A DNA stretch of 64,000 nucleotides from assembly GCA_963761865.1 (NCBI GenBank), contig CAVXIE010000003.1, forward strand, positions 127,960 to 191,959. The letters are read 5' to 3'. Shown here piece by piece: positions 34,020 to 42,835 of this stretch. Under the pieces are notes generated by a model that worked only from the letters and a program-made list of their open reading frames with translations, made no database searches and was not told the origin of the DNA. How positions within the stretch are numbered: the first letter of the stretch is position 1; every line of letters begins with the position of its first letter. Both the position numbers and the translations under genes were made by a program. The stretch comes from Candidatus Staskawiczbacteria bacterium. Lineage in GTDB: Bacteria; Patescibacteriota; Minisyncoccia; Minisyncoccales; Staskawiczbacteraceae.

Positions 34020-35252
34020 ATGTCTAAAGGTCATATTATCACAGGAATAGATATTGGAACTTACTCAATAAAAGTTCTGGTGGTTGAAAAACGTGGCAAT
34101 GAATGGGAGAAATTATTTTTTTCTGAAGTTGCTTCTACCGGTTTAAGACGAGGATGCGTTGTTAATATTGACGAAACCGCAAAAAATATCCAATACTTGT
34201 TGACCAATGTGGAAAAAGAATGCGGCAGAAGAATAAACTCTGCGTTTGTAAATATTGGCGGGAGTCATTTGTATACTATTTCTTCTGATGGACTGATTTC
34301 TGTTTCAAGAGCCGACCATATTATTTCCCAGGAAGATATAGACAGAGTTTTACAGGCGACAAGGGCAATTAATATTCCGATGAACGAAGAGGTGCTGGAC
34401 GTGTTCCCAAGAGAATTTATTGTAGACGATCAAAAAGGCATACGACAGCCATTGGGTTTGAACGGTGTGAGGCTACAGGCAAAGGTTGTACTGCTTTGCT
34501 ATTTTCAACAGCACTTTATTAATTTAACTCAGGCGGTTTTAAATGCCAGATTACAAATTGACGACGTGGTTCCTTCGCCGTTGGCGGCTGCTGAATCAGT
34601 GCTTACGAAACAACAAAGAGAAATTGGAGCGGCCGTAATTGACATCGGGGCAGCAACTACCAGTTTGGCGGTGTTTGAAGAGGGGGATTTAATCCATTTG
34701 GCGATTTTTCCGATAGGTTCTGCAAATATTACAAACGATCTTGCTATCGGTTTGCGAACTGATGTTACTACGGCCGAAGATATTAAAAAACAGCATGGAA
34801 CTTGTATCGTTGGCAACAATGACAAAGATAAGGCAAAAAATAAAATAGAAATTTCTCATCAATCGCATTCACTTTCTTTTACAAAAAAGAATTTAGCTGA
34901 TATTATTGAACCGCGCGTTTCAGAAATTCTGGATTTAATTCAAAAAGAATTAAAGAAAATCGGCAGGCAAGAATTATTACCCGGAGGGATTGTGTTAACC
35001 GGCGGCGGCGCAAAATTGCCAAAAATAAAAGATTTGGCGAAAGATCAGCTAAAGCTTCCGTGTCAAATAGGAGTTCCAAAAGCGATTATGGGTCTTGAGG
35101 AAGACGCTTCGCTGGCGACGGTTGTGGGTCTTATTATGGGAAGTCCGGACTATAACGACGAACCGGGCAGCAAGGCAATTGGTATATCTTTTGGTTTTAT
35201 GAAGGGGTTTGGTTCAAAATTCAAAAAAATGTTCAGGGTGTTTATCCCGTAG
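34020..35252 (+). CDS. ftsA: Cell division protein FtsA
   Basis: Actin-fold motifs (GIDIGTYSIKVLV, VIDIGAATTSLAVF, GIVLTGGGAKLP) and a C-terminal amphipathic membrane-targeting tail (FGSKFKKMFRVFIP). Confidence 0.9.
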   Translation: MSKGHIITGIDIGTYSIKVLVVEKRGNEWEKLFFSEVASTGLRRGCVVNIDETAKNIQYLLTNVEKECGRRINSAFVNIGGSHLYTISSDGLISVSRADHIISQEDIDRVLQATRAINIPMNEEVLDVFPREFIVDDQKGIRQPLGLNGVRLQAKVVLLCYFQQHFINLTQAVLNARLQIDDVVPSPLAAAESVLTKQQREIGAAVIDIGAATTSLAVFEEGDLIHLAIFPIGSANITNDLAIGLRTDVTTAEDIKKQHGTCIVGNNDKDKAKNKIEISHQSHSLSFTKKNLADIIEPRVSEILDLIQKELKKIGRQELLPGGIVLTGGGAKLPKIKDLAKDQLKLPCQIGVPKAIMGLEEDASLATVVGLIMGSPDYNDEPGSKAIGISFGFMKGFGSKFKKMFRVFIP

Positions 35253-35324
35253 GTTATAGGTGTTAGGTGCTGGCTTATAGATATGGAAACTAAAAGCTAA
35301 AACCTAAAAGCTAAAACCTAATTA
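35253..35324 (+). repeat. Palindromic heptad element (same family as 29931 and 31332)
   Basis: The left arm is gttatag/gtgttag/gtgctgg/cttatag. The right arm is ctaaaag/ctaaaac/ctaaaag/ctaaaac/ctaatta. It starts right after the ftsA stop and ends 2 nt before the ftsZ ATG. Confidence 0.85.
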
Positions 35325-35326
35325 CA

Positions 35327-36247
35327 ATGTTACCTAAAATTAAAGTGGTGGGGGTTGGAGGCTCGGGGTCAAATACTATTTCTCGCATAGCAAAATTTAA
35401 CGCTCAAGGTGTTGAGCTTATAGCTGTAAATACAGATGCTCAGGCTTTGCACTTCTGCAAGGTTTTAAATAAATTATTAATAGGAAAAAATATTACCAAG
35501 GGACTTGGAGCGGGGATGAATATTGAACTGGGGAAGGCGGCAGCCGAAGAAAATAAGATAGAAATATCAAAACTGCTCAAGGGCAGTGATATGGTGTTTG
35601 TTACTTTCGGAGCAGGCGGCGGAACCGGTTCAGGGGCCGGCCCGATAATCGCTGAAGTTTCAAAAAGTTTGGGGATTCTAACAATAGCTGTAATCACCAC
35701 ACCTTTTTCTTTTGAGGGCGAAGAGCGAAAACAGATTGCCAAAAAGGCTCTGGAAAGTTTAAAGGGAAGAGTGGATTCGCTTTTGGTAATTTCAAATGAT
35801 AAGCTTTTAAAGATTATTGATGAAAAAACAACGGTTTCCAATGCCTTTGAAATTTGCGATGACATTTTAAAGCAGGCAGTGCAGGGAATTACTGATTTGA
35901 TTATAGCTCCGGGGATTATCAATATTGATTTTGCATCGGTTATTTCCATTATGAAAAATTCGGGTCAGGCATTGTTTGGTGTCGGAAAGGCTCACGGCGA
36001 AGGCAGGGCAGTTCGCGCCGCCGAAGAGGCAATCAGATCTCCGCTGCTTGATTTTTCAATCAAAGGCTCAAAGGGAATTTTATTCAACGCCTCAGGGAAT
36101 GATGTTACCTTAAACGAAATTAAAGAAGCTGCCAAAGTAATTACCGAAAATGCCGATCCCAAAGCCCAAATTATTTTCGGGGCCGTTAAAGATGATTCTC
36201 TCAAAAAAGGAGAAATGAAAATTACCGTGATTGCCACGAAGTTTTAA
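35327..36247 (+). CDS. ftsZ: Cell division protein FtsZ, core-only (no C-terminal linker or tail)
   Basis: The tubulin signature GGGTGSGAGP, NTDAQAL and VISNDKLL are present. The protein ends at KITVIATKF, which corresponds to the last strand of the globular core. Confidence 0.92.
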   Translation: MLPKIKVVGVGGSGSNTISRIAKFNAQGVELIAVNTDAQALHFCKVLNKLLIGKNITKGLGAGMNIELGKAAAEENKIEISKLLKGSDMVFVTFGAGGGTGSGAGPIIAEVSKSLGILTIAVITTPFSFEGEERKQIAKKALESLKGRVDSLLVISNDKLLKIIDEKTTVSNAFEICDDILKQAVQGITDLIIAPGIINIDFASVISIMKNSGQALFGVGKAHGEGRAVRAAEEAIRSPLLDFSIKGSKGILFNASGNDVTLNEIKEAAKVITENADPKAQIIFGAVKDDSLKKGEMKITVIATKF

Positions 36248-36331
36248 GTTTTGGGTTTATAAACTGGAGAAATGAATTTTTAAATTAAAAATTATATTGA
36301 CATTGATTTTTTAAATTGATAAAGTCAAAAT

Positions 36332-36610
36332 ATGACAAAGAAAAACATTACGATAAATGACCTGGCGATAATGGTTCAAAAAGGATTTGGCGGCGTAGAC
36401 CAAGGGTTTACTGAAGTTCACAAAGAACTGAAAGTGAATTTTGATAACTTAAATTCAAGAATGGTAAAAGTTGAAATAAGATTGGATAATTTGGAGAGCG
36501 AGGTGGAGGAAATCAGGAAACACCAAATTGTCCATACTATTTACCGAGACGAATTTGAAAAACTGCAAAACAGAGTTAAAGCCTTAGAAAAACTTTTGAT
36601 TAAAGGATAA
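36332..36610 (+). CDS. Hypothetical coiled-coil protein (92 aa)
   Basis: Heptad-rich sequence (VEIRLDNLESEVEEIRK..., FEKLQNRVKALEKLL). A candidate promoter TTGACA (36297)-17-TAAAGT would place the transcript start at about the ATG, which would make the mRNA leaderless. Confidence 0.45.
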   Translation: MTKKNITINDLAIMVQKGFGGVDQGFTEVHKELKVNFDNLNSRMVKVEIRLDNLESEVEEIRKHQIVHTIYRDEFEKLQNRVKALEKLLIKG

Positions 36611-36689
36611 AGTGCGTCGATACCCATATTGCCGCGAAGTTTTAAATTTGATAATATAAATACGTAAATAAAAATTAAATAATAAAAAT

Positions 36690-37028
36690 ATGGTAGAAGA
36701 TGTAGAGTCAAACGACTCCCATTCCGAAGAGAGGTCGGAAGAGATGCTTGAGGCAACAGAAGTAAAAGAAAGTGCAACAGAAAAGTTCAAAAGGAGAATG
36801 GGTGAATTGGCTAACACAGTGGACGAAGTAAGAGATTATTTTGGTATGTTTCCCAAAAGGGAAGGTATATCTGCTCAGAAGTATATTGCCGAGACGTTAG
36901 AACTATTGAAGGGGGAATTTCCGGAGGATAGTGAAGAAACAAAAACGCATCGCGACGTTCTTAAAGTGGTTCAGAAAAAGTTTAATGAAATTATCGAAGA
37001 TCTAAAGAATGAAACAGAGAAAATTTAA
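36690..37028 (+). CDS. Hypothetical acidic protein (112 aa)
   Basis: ORF only. It is Glu/Asp-rich and I recognised no family. Confidence 0.4.
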   Translation: MVEDVESNDSHSEERSEEMLEATEVKESATEKFKRRMGELANTVDEVRDYFGMFPKREGISAQKYIAETLELLKGEFPEDSEETKTHRDVLKVVQKKFNEIIEDLKNETEKI

Positions 37029-37038
37029 ATAAAGTACA

Positions 37039-37170
37039 ATGAAGAAAAAAACCTTGGCAAAAAAGGAAGTTATTAGCCAAAACAGTAAGATAGCTTTCAA
37101 AAAGCAAAAATTTAAGCCTCTCTCTAAGGAAACGTTTGAATATCTTATGAAAAAAATAGCGGCAATATAG
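37039..37170 (+). CDS. Possible small Lys-rich protein (43 aa, not in the ORF track)
   Basis: Translated by hand as MKKKTLAKKEVISQNSKIAFKKQKFKPLSKETFEYLMKKIAAI. It fills the gap before comEC. There is no other support. Confidence 0.25.
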   Translation: MKKKTLAKKEVISQNSKIAFKKQKFKPLSKETFEYLMKKIAAI

Positions 37171-37175
37171 GTGCT

Positions 37176-38705
37176 ATGACCCCATCTAAGATTCTTTTTT
37201 ATATTTGTGTCTCATTTGTTATAGGGATATTTTTAGAATCTTTAGTTATAATTCCTCAGATTTTTGTCTGGGGAATTTTGTTTTTGGGGGTTTTGGCAAT
37301 TTTCGCTTCTTTTTTTACATTGTCTCCAAAAATACGAAGCTTCGGATTTTTGGAGACAATTAAAAATGATCAAATCGCCGTTGTCGGATTTTGCATTTTG
37401 TTTTTAGTATTAGGGATTGTCAGGTTGCAGATTTCAAATACGAATATTCAAAACGACCTATTGAAAAAGCTAAACGACTTGCCTAATAAAATTATTTTAA
37501 CCGGACAAATTATTGATGGACCAGATATAAGGGATAGCAGTCAGAAATTAAAAGTGAAAATTGATAAAGTTGAAAGTATCGTTTTGGCGACTGTAAATAG
37601 ATACCCCGCTTATGACTATTTAGACAAAATAAAAATTACCGGAATGTTAAAAACGCCAGGAGTTTTTGATGGTTTTAATTACACCGATTATCTATTAAAA
37701 GACGAAATTTATTCGGTGATGGACTTCCCAAAAGTAGAATTAATTTCAAAACAACATAATTATAATATTTTCACCCTTTTATATTCTAAAATTTTAGTTT
37801 TTAAAGAAAAATTAAGAAGTTCTATCTTGGCTAATTTTTCTTCGCCGCAAAACTATATTTTAGAAGGGATAGTTTTGGGTAATAATAAAACTATGACCCA
37901 AGATTTGCGCGATAAATTAAACGGCACGGGGCTTAGATACTTAACAGCAATTTCGGGAGTTCACGTGCTTATTGTCAGCGCCATTTTAATGTCGTTATTA
38001 TTAGCGCTGGGACTTTGGCGCGGCCAGGCATTTTATTTTGCGATTATTTTTATTTGGCTTTATATTATTTTAACCGGGTTCCCTGCTTCGGGAGTTAGGG
38101 CTGCAATTATGGGAAGCGTTTTTTTGTTGGCGCAAAAGCTGGGCAGGCAAAATACGAGCGGAAGAGTCATCGTATTCACTGCGGCGTTAATGCTTATTCA
38201 AAATCCACTGCTTCTTTGGTACGACGTCGGCTTTCAGCTTTCCTTTTTGGCCTCAATGGGAATTATTTATTTAAAGCCAATCATAGATATTGCGATAAAA
38301 ACACTTACCAAAGAAAAACTGAAATATTTTTCAGATATTTTATCCATTACGCTTACCGCCCAACTGGCCACAGTTCCAATTATGGTTTACAATTTTGGCA
38401 TCATTTCCTTGATTGCTCCGGTGACTAATCTTCTGGTGGTGCCCGTTGTGTATTTTTTGATATTATTTGGATTCTTGGCTTCAATTTTAGGAATTATATC
38501 TGGCTTTTTAGGCTGGGTTTTTTCTATTCCTTGCTGGCTGCTGCTTACTTATTTTTTAAAGGTGATGGATATTTTCTATCAGCCCTGGGCAATTAAAGAG
38601 ATCCAAAATGTTTCATGGATTTGGCTGGCATTATATTACCTGATAGTGTCAGTGCTGATCTGGTTTTTACAGAAGAAACTAAAACCAAAATTTTTGGGGT
38701 ATTAA
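37176..38705 (+). CDS. comEC: ComEC/Rec2 family DNA internalisation channel (DUF4131 plus competence domain, no metallo-beta-lactamase domain)
   Basis: A polytopic protein with the competence-domain signature LRYLTAISGVHV. The periplasmic OB-like segment is near residues 100-200. At 509 aa it ends before the position of the beta-lactamase-fold domain of long ComEC proteins. Confidence 0.8.
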   Translation: MTPSKILFYICVSFVIGIFLESLVIIPQIFVWGILFLGVLAIFASFFTLSPKIRSFGFLETIKNDQIAVVGFCILFLVLGIVRLQISNTNIQNDLLKKLNDLPNKIILTGQIIDGPDIRDSSQKLKVKIDKVESIVLATVNRYPAYDYLDKIKITGMLKTPGVFDGFNYTDYLLKDEIYSVMDFPKVELISKQHNYNIFTLLYSKILVFKEKLRSSILANFSSPQNYILEGIVLGNNKTMTQDLRDKLNGTGLRYLTAISGVHVLIVSAILMSLLLALGLWRGQAFYFAIIFIWLYIILTGFPASGVRAAIMGSVFLLAQKLGRQNTSGRVIVFTAALMLIQNPLLLWYDVGFQLSFLASMGIIYLKPIIDIAIKTLTKEKLKYFSDILSITLTAQLATVPIMVYNFGIISLIAPVTNLLVVPVVYFLILFGFLASILGIISGFLGWVFSIPCWLLLTYFLKVMDIFYQPWAIKEIQNVSWIWLALYYLIVSVLIWFLQKKLKPKFLGY

Positions 38706-38713
38706 TTTTTTGT

Positions 38714-38750
38714 AAAAAAATAGCCGAAGGGACGTCCCTGCGGCTTTTTG
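38714..38750. terminator. Bidirectional intrinsic terminator (comEC and the convergent 162-aa ORF)
   Basis: An A7 run, agccg-aagggacgtccct-gcggct, then a T5 run. Confidence 0.75.
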
Positions 38751-38766
38751 AGGTGATGACAATAGG

Positions 38767-39255
38767 TTAGTTCGTGATTTTTTGTCTTTGTTCGACCCGG
38801 TCGGTCGATTCGGGGCTGATTTCTTCAACAACCTTACGGTCAACGTCAACGAATAAGAGAATAATCCGCACTTCCAGTTCAAAAAAATCAACTGTTTTCT
38901 TTGCCCGTCGCAATTGTTCGATTTGTTCTTCCCGATCTGTGGGATTGCCTGCGCATTTAGAATGGCCGACAATCGCCAACAGTTTGCTTTTGTGATTCCG
39001 GTGGGAAACAATCACATCCTCCATGATATTGTTGATGGTTTGCATACCGGTCTCACCGGCGAGAAGTTTACTAACTCCTGCTTTCGTCCGGAAATCAACC
39101 CATTTTACGTGGTGATTCCGGCGAAAATACCGAATAACCGGTTCAAAACATCGGCCGTCAACGCAGCCGATTGCGCAGGCGTAGCCGCGTAATCGCCACT
39201 GGGCATAAAGCAAATAGGAGACAAAACTAAACAAATCAATGACGTGCTTAACCAT
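38767..39255 (-). CDS. Hypothetical protein with beta-carbonic-anhydrase-like zinc-site motifs, in a G+C-rich mini-cassette
   Basis: C31-V-D33-G-R35 (GCVDGRC) and H98-S-K-C101 (VGHSKCAG) reproduce the CxDxR...HxxC pattern and spacing of beta-class carbonic anhydrases. The protein is only 162 aa. SD is gaggtg. A candidate promoter TTGCCT-17-TATATT lies on the minus strand at 39351-39379. Confidence 0.55.
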   Translation of the reverse strand: MVKHVIDLFSFVSYLLYAQWRLRGYACAIGCVDGRCFEPVIRYFRRNHHVKWVDFRTKAGVSKLLAGETGMQTINNIMEDVIVSHRNHKSKLLAIVGHSKCAGNPTDREEQIEQLRRAKKTVDFFELEVRIILLFVDVDRKVVEEISPESTDRVEQRQKITN

Positions 39256-39421
39256 ACCACTTCACCTCGTGTAAAGGATCTGTCGGGTTAACATTGCTGG
39301 CACCTGCCAAACAATCCCATGTTCGCCCAACAGCAATAATTATACCATTGAATATAAAAATTGCAATGCTTTGAGGCAACTTTCAAATGATGTATAATTA
39401 AACATTCTTGTGTAAATTTAT

Positions 39422-40711
39422 ATGGTAGAAAATAAATCAAATTACAATAAAAAAGCTTGGGTTGTTGCTGTTGATATGGGTTATGGCCATCAAAGGACTG
39501 CTTATCCTTTAAGAGATTTTGCGTTCGGCGGGAAAGTTATTAATGCCAATAACTACGGCGGCATATCCAGGAAAGATCAAAGAATCTGGAAAAATAACAG
39601 GTCTTTTTACGAGTTTATTTCCAGGTTTAGGAGAATCCCGTATATCGGAGATTTGGTTTTTTCTATCTTTGACCGGTTTCAACGGATTCTTGTGTATTAT
39701 CCTAAAAGAGATTTATCTCATCCAAGTTTGATGCTTATGGATAATTATTACTCCATTAACAATGGATGGGGCAGAGATTTGATAAATAAAATAAAAGAAG
39801 CCCCTTTCCCGCTGGTCACCACTTTTTTTGATATTGCATTTATGGCGGAAGTATTCAATTATCCAAATGATATTTATTGCATTATATGTGATGCCGATGT
39901 TTCAAGATCCTGGGCTCCTTTGCATCCCAAAAAAAGCAGGATAAAGTATTTTGTCCCAAATACCTGGACTCGCGACAGGTTAAAGTTGTATGGCGTAAAA
40001 CCGGAACATATTATGCTGACCGGCTACCCGTTGCCTAAAGAAAACATCGGCAAAAATTTAGAAATTATTAAGAAAGATTTAAGCTACCGTATTGTAAATT
40101 TAGATCCCACCAAAAAATACCAAAAATTATATCAACCATTGATCGGCGCCCACTTGGGCCAATTGCCCACAATGGCCAATCATCCGCTGACTTTAATGTT
40201 TTCTATTGGCGGGGCTGGAGCGCAAAAAGAAATTGCTCTTGGCATTATTAACAGCTTAAAAGACAAAATTAAGAATAAAGAACTGAGATTTATTGTCTCA
40301 GTAGGAACAAGAGATAATTTAAGGCAGTATTTTGAAGATAATGTGAAAGATCTAGAGCTGGATGGCTGGCTTCATGTATTGTCCGGGAAAACGATAGGCG
40401 AATATTTTGAGAAATTTAATTTTGCTTTAAGGACTACGGATATATTAATGACAAAGCCTTCTGAACTTTCTTTTTACTCCGGACTTGGCATTCCTATCAT
40501 TATTGAACCTTCAATCGGGTCGCAGGAAGACTTTAACAGAAGGTGGCTTTTGCATATCGGGTCAGCGACCGTGCAGGAAAATCCAAAATATACTGACCAA
40601 TGGCTTTTTGATTTAATTAACGGAGGAGATTTGGCGGAGATGGCAATGCAGGGCTTTATTGAGATAGAAAAAATGGGCACGTATAACATGGAAAAAATAA
40701 TTACTGGTTAA
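39422..40711 (+). CDS. GT-B fold glycosyltransferase-like protein (MGDG-synthase/UgtP/MurG-like)
   Basis: The N-terminal VVAVDMGYGHQRTAYPL resembles the GxGH motif of the family. The C-terminal half has FSIGGAGAQKE...LMTKPSELSFYSGLGIPII...GSQEDFN, resembling the sugar-nucleotide binding half. Confidence 0.5.
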   Translation: MVENKSNYNKKAWVVAVDMGYGHQRTAYPLRDFAFGGKVINANNYGGISRKDQRIWKNNRSFYEFISRFRRIPYIGDLVFSIFDRFQRILVYYPKRDLSHPSLMLMDNYYSINNGWGRDLINKIKEAPFPLVTTFFDIAFMAEVFNYPNDIYCIICDADVSRSWAPLHPKKSRIKYFVPNTWTRDRLKLYGVKPEHIMLTGYPLPKENIGKNLEIIKKDLSYRIVNLDPTKKYQKLYQPLIGAHLGQLPTMANHPLTLMFSIGGAGAQKEIALGIINSLKDKIKNKELRFIVSVGTRDNLRQYFEDNVKDLELDGWLHVLSGKTIGEYFEKFNFALRTTDILMTKPSELSFYSGLGIPIIIEPSIGSQEDFNRRWLLHIGSATVQENPKYTDQWLFDLINGGDLAEMAMQGFIEIEKMGTYNMEKIITG

Positions 40712-40867
40712 TAAAATTATATGACAAAATTATCTGCGATTGGTTTCGCAAAGGAGTGTCTTTCGGTAAAGAAGGCGGAACAAGAGCTTGTGCGGGAAAC
40801 CCATATACGGTTTACAATAGGGATTGCTCAAAACCGTAGATTGGTTCAAAAATAAATAGGTAAGAAT

Positions 40868-41878
40868 ATGAAGAAAATCATCGGAGTAATTTTTTTAGTC
40901 ATATTATTTTTTGCAATTGCCTTTTCGCTGTACTTTTTTGTCGGCTCAGCTCCAAAACAAAATATAACCTTTGGAGTTGATTTTTCGCAAATGCAAACGG
41001 AATCTTTGAAGCTGGACTGGAAAAAAACATATCTGGCTATATTGGAAGATTTGGGAGCAAAAAACATAAAATTACATACGCAATGGGACTGGGTAGAAGG
41101 CAAAAAAGATGATTTTTATTTTGACGATATTGACTGGCAAATCAAGCAGGCTGAAAATCACAACGCCAAAATAGTTTACGTGGTTGGTATGAAAACGGGT
41201 CGTTGGCCGGAATGTCACATCCCAGACTGGGCAAACAGTTTAACACCGGACCAGGAGAAAAACGCATTATTGGCATATATCCAAGAAGTAGTATCGCGAT
41301 ATAAAAACAGTAATGCAATCATTGCCTGGCAGGTAGAAAACGAACCGCTGTTTAAATTTGGCGAATGTCCTGATTGGTATTATCAAAACGATAATTTTTT
41401 GAAAACAGAAGTCAGCCTGGTAAAATCGTTGGATCCTTCAAGAGAAGTTATTGTTTCAAACACCGGAGAATATTCGCTTTGGACCAAGGTCGCCGGTATT
41501 GGCGACGTGGTTGGAGTTACCACTTATAAAAATGTTTGGGTGACTATTAACGGCAGTCTGGGTTTTTATTTTAGATATTTTTTGCCGCCGGTTTTTTACT
41601 TCAAAAGGGCAGAAATTATAAAAGCTGTATTTGGCAAGGATGTTATCGGAGTAGAATTGCAGGCAGAGCCATGGACTCAGCAGTCCTATTATAATGTTTC
41701 ATTACAAGAACAGGAAAAAACAATGAATTTACAACAGTTTAAAGAAAATGTCAGCTATGCCGAGCAAACCGGCTTTAATCGATTCTATTTTTGGGGAGTT
41801 GAATGGTGGTATTGGCTCAAAGAGACTCAAAATAAGCCGGAAATTTGGAACGAAGCAAAAACATTATTTAATAATTAA
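40868..41878 (+). CDS. Membrane-anchored glycoside-hydrolase-like TIM-barrel protein (clan GH-A type)
   Basis: N-terminal TM anchor and AWQVENEP (an NEP acid/base motif typical of clan A glycosidases). The family was not resolved. Confidence 0.45.
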   Translation: MKKIIGVIFLVILFFAIAFSLYFFVGSAPKQNITFGVDFSQMQTESLKLDWKKTYLAILEDLGAKNIKLHTQWDWVEGKKDDFYFDDIDWQIKQAENHNAKIVYVVGMKTGRWPECHIPDWANSLTPDQEKNALLAYIQEVVSRYKNSNAIIAWQVENEPLFKFGECPDWYYQNDNFLKTEVSLVKSLDPSREVIVSNTGEYSLWTKVAGIGDVVGVTTYKNVWVTINGSLGFYFRYFLPPVFYFKRAEIIKAVFGKDVIGVELQAEPWTQQSYYNVSLQEQEKTMNLQQFKENVSYAEQTGFNRFYFWGVEWWYWLKETQNKPEIWNEAKTLFNN

Positions 41879-41889
41879 AAGAAAGCGTA

Positions 41890-42789
41890 ATGTTATTTTG
41901 GCTACTAGTAATAATTTTATCTTATTTATTTTTTAGTTTGTCTGCTTTTGGAGACAAACTTATTTTGGCCGGCAGGGCAAATGCCAGGCTTTACACTTTT
42001 TATGTCGGGTTGTTGAGCGTGTTGATTGTGTTTTTGATTCCATTTACAAAGTTCGGCTTGCCAAACCTCGGTTCTCTATTATGGATTATATTAGAAGCGA
42101 TTGTCTGGCTTTTGGGAGTGTATGCAATGTTTATTGCTTTGGAAAGATTTGATGTTTCCAGAGTTATGACTACCATAGGGGCAGTCCAGTCAATCTTTGT
42201 GTTGGTATTAACCTGGATAGTGTGGGGGTTCCAGGCGATGACGGCGGTTGATTTATTCGCTTTTGTATTATTGTTGGCAGGAAGCATTGTTATATCAATA
42301 GAAAAAAAGGTTAATATCAATGCGGGGTATGTCATATTGATATTCTTTTCTTCATTGATGTTTTCTTTGGATTATATTTTTTCCAAATTTGTATTTTTAA
42401 ACCAGCCATTTCTTCAGGGACTAATATGGATGAGAATATTCGGCTTTATATTTGCCTTATTTTTCCTGTTTGATAAAAAAATAAGGAAGCAGCTTCTGTT
42501 GAGCGAGACTGCAGTCAATAAAAAAACCGGAACTATCTTTTTATTCACACAATCGGCGGGAGGCATTGCAAACATACTTCAGAGTTTCGCCATATCGTTA
42601 GCCCCTGTAGCTTACCTTGCCATAGTTAGCTCTTTAAGAGGTATTCAATACGCCTTTTTGTTTGTTATCACTTTATTCTTTTCCGTCTTCTTCCCAAAGG
42701 TATTAAAAGAGGATATTTCAAAAAAAGTAATCTTTCAAAAATTAGTTTCTATCGCACTTATTATTGCCGGCTTGGCAATGTTAAGATAA
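41890..42789 (+). CDS. EamA/DMT-like polytopic membrane protein
   Basis: About 10 TM segments in two similar halves, 299 aa. Confidence 0.5.
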   Translation: MLFWLLVIILSYLFFSLSAFGDKLILAGRANARLYTFYVGLLSVLIVFLIPFTKFGLPNLGSLLWIILEAIVWLLGVYAMFIALERFDVSRVMTTIGAVQSIFVLVLTWIVWGFQAMTAVDLFAFVLLLAGSIVISIEKKVNINAGYVILIFFSSLMFSLDYIFSKFVFLNQPFLQGLIWMRIFGFIFALFFLFDKKIRKQLLLSETAVNKKTGTIFLFTQSAGGIANILQSFAISLAPVAYLAIVSSLRGIQYAFLFVITLFFSVFFPKVLKEDISKKVIFQKLVSIALIIAGLAMLR

Positions 42790-42835
42790 TATAAGAAGTA
42801 ATGCTGTTTATTAATAAATTAATAATATAAATTTT

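Noticed and set aside
1451-35324. CRISPR array interpretation of the repeats (the 270-bp tandem repeat and the heptad tracts)
   Set aside because: The 270-bp units are contiguous coding repeats without spacers. The heptad tracts have a 7-nt period with no unique spacers. No cas genes are present in the window.
40721-40855. A 44-aa ORF (MTKLSAIGFAKECLSVKKAEQELVRETHIRFTIGIAQNRRLVQK) in the gap before the GH-like gene
   Set aside because: It has no SD, no recognisable family and no other support. I noted it but did not call it. It could be tested by conservation or Ribo-seq.
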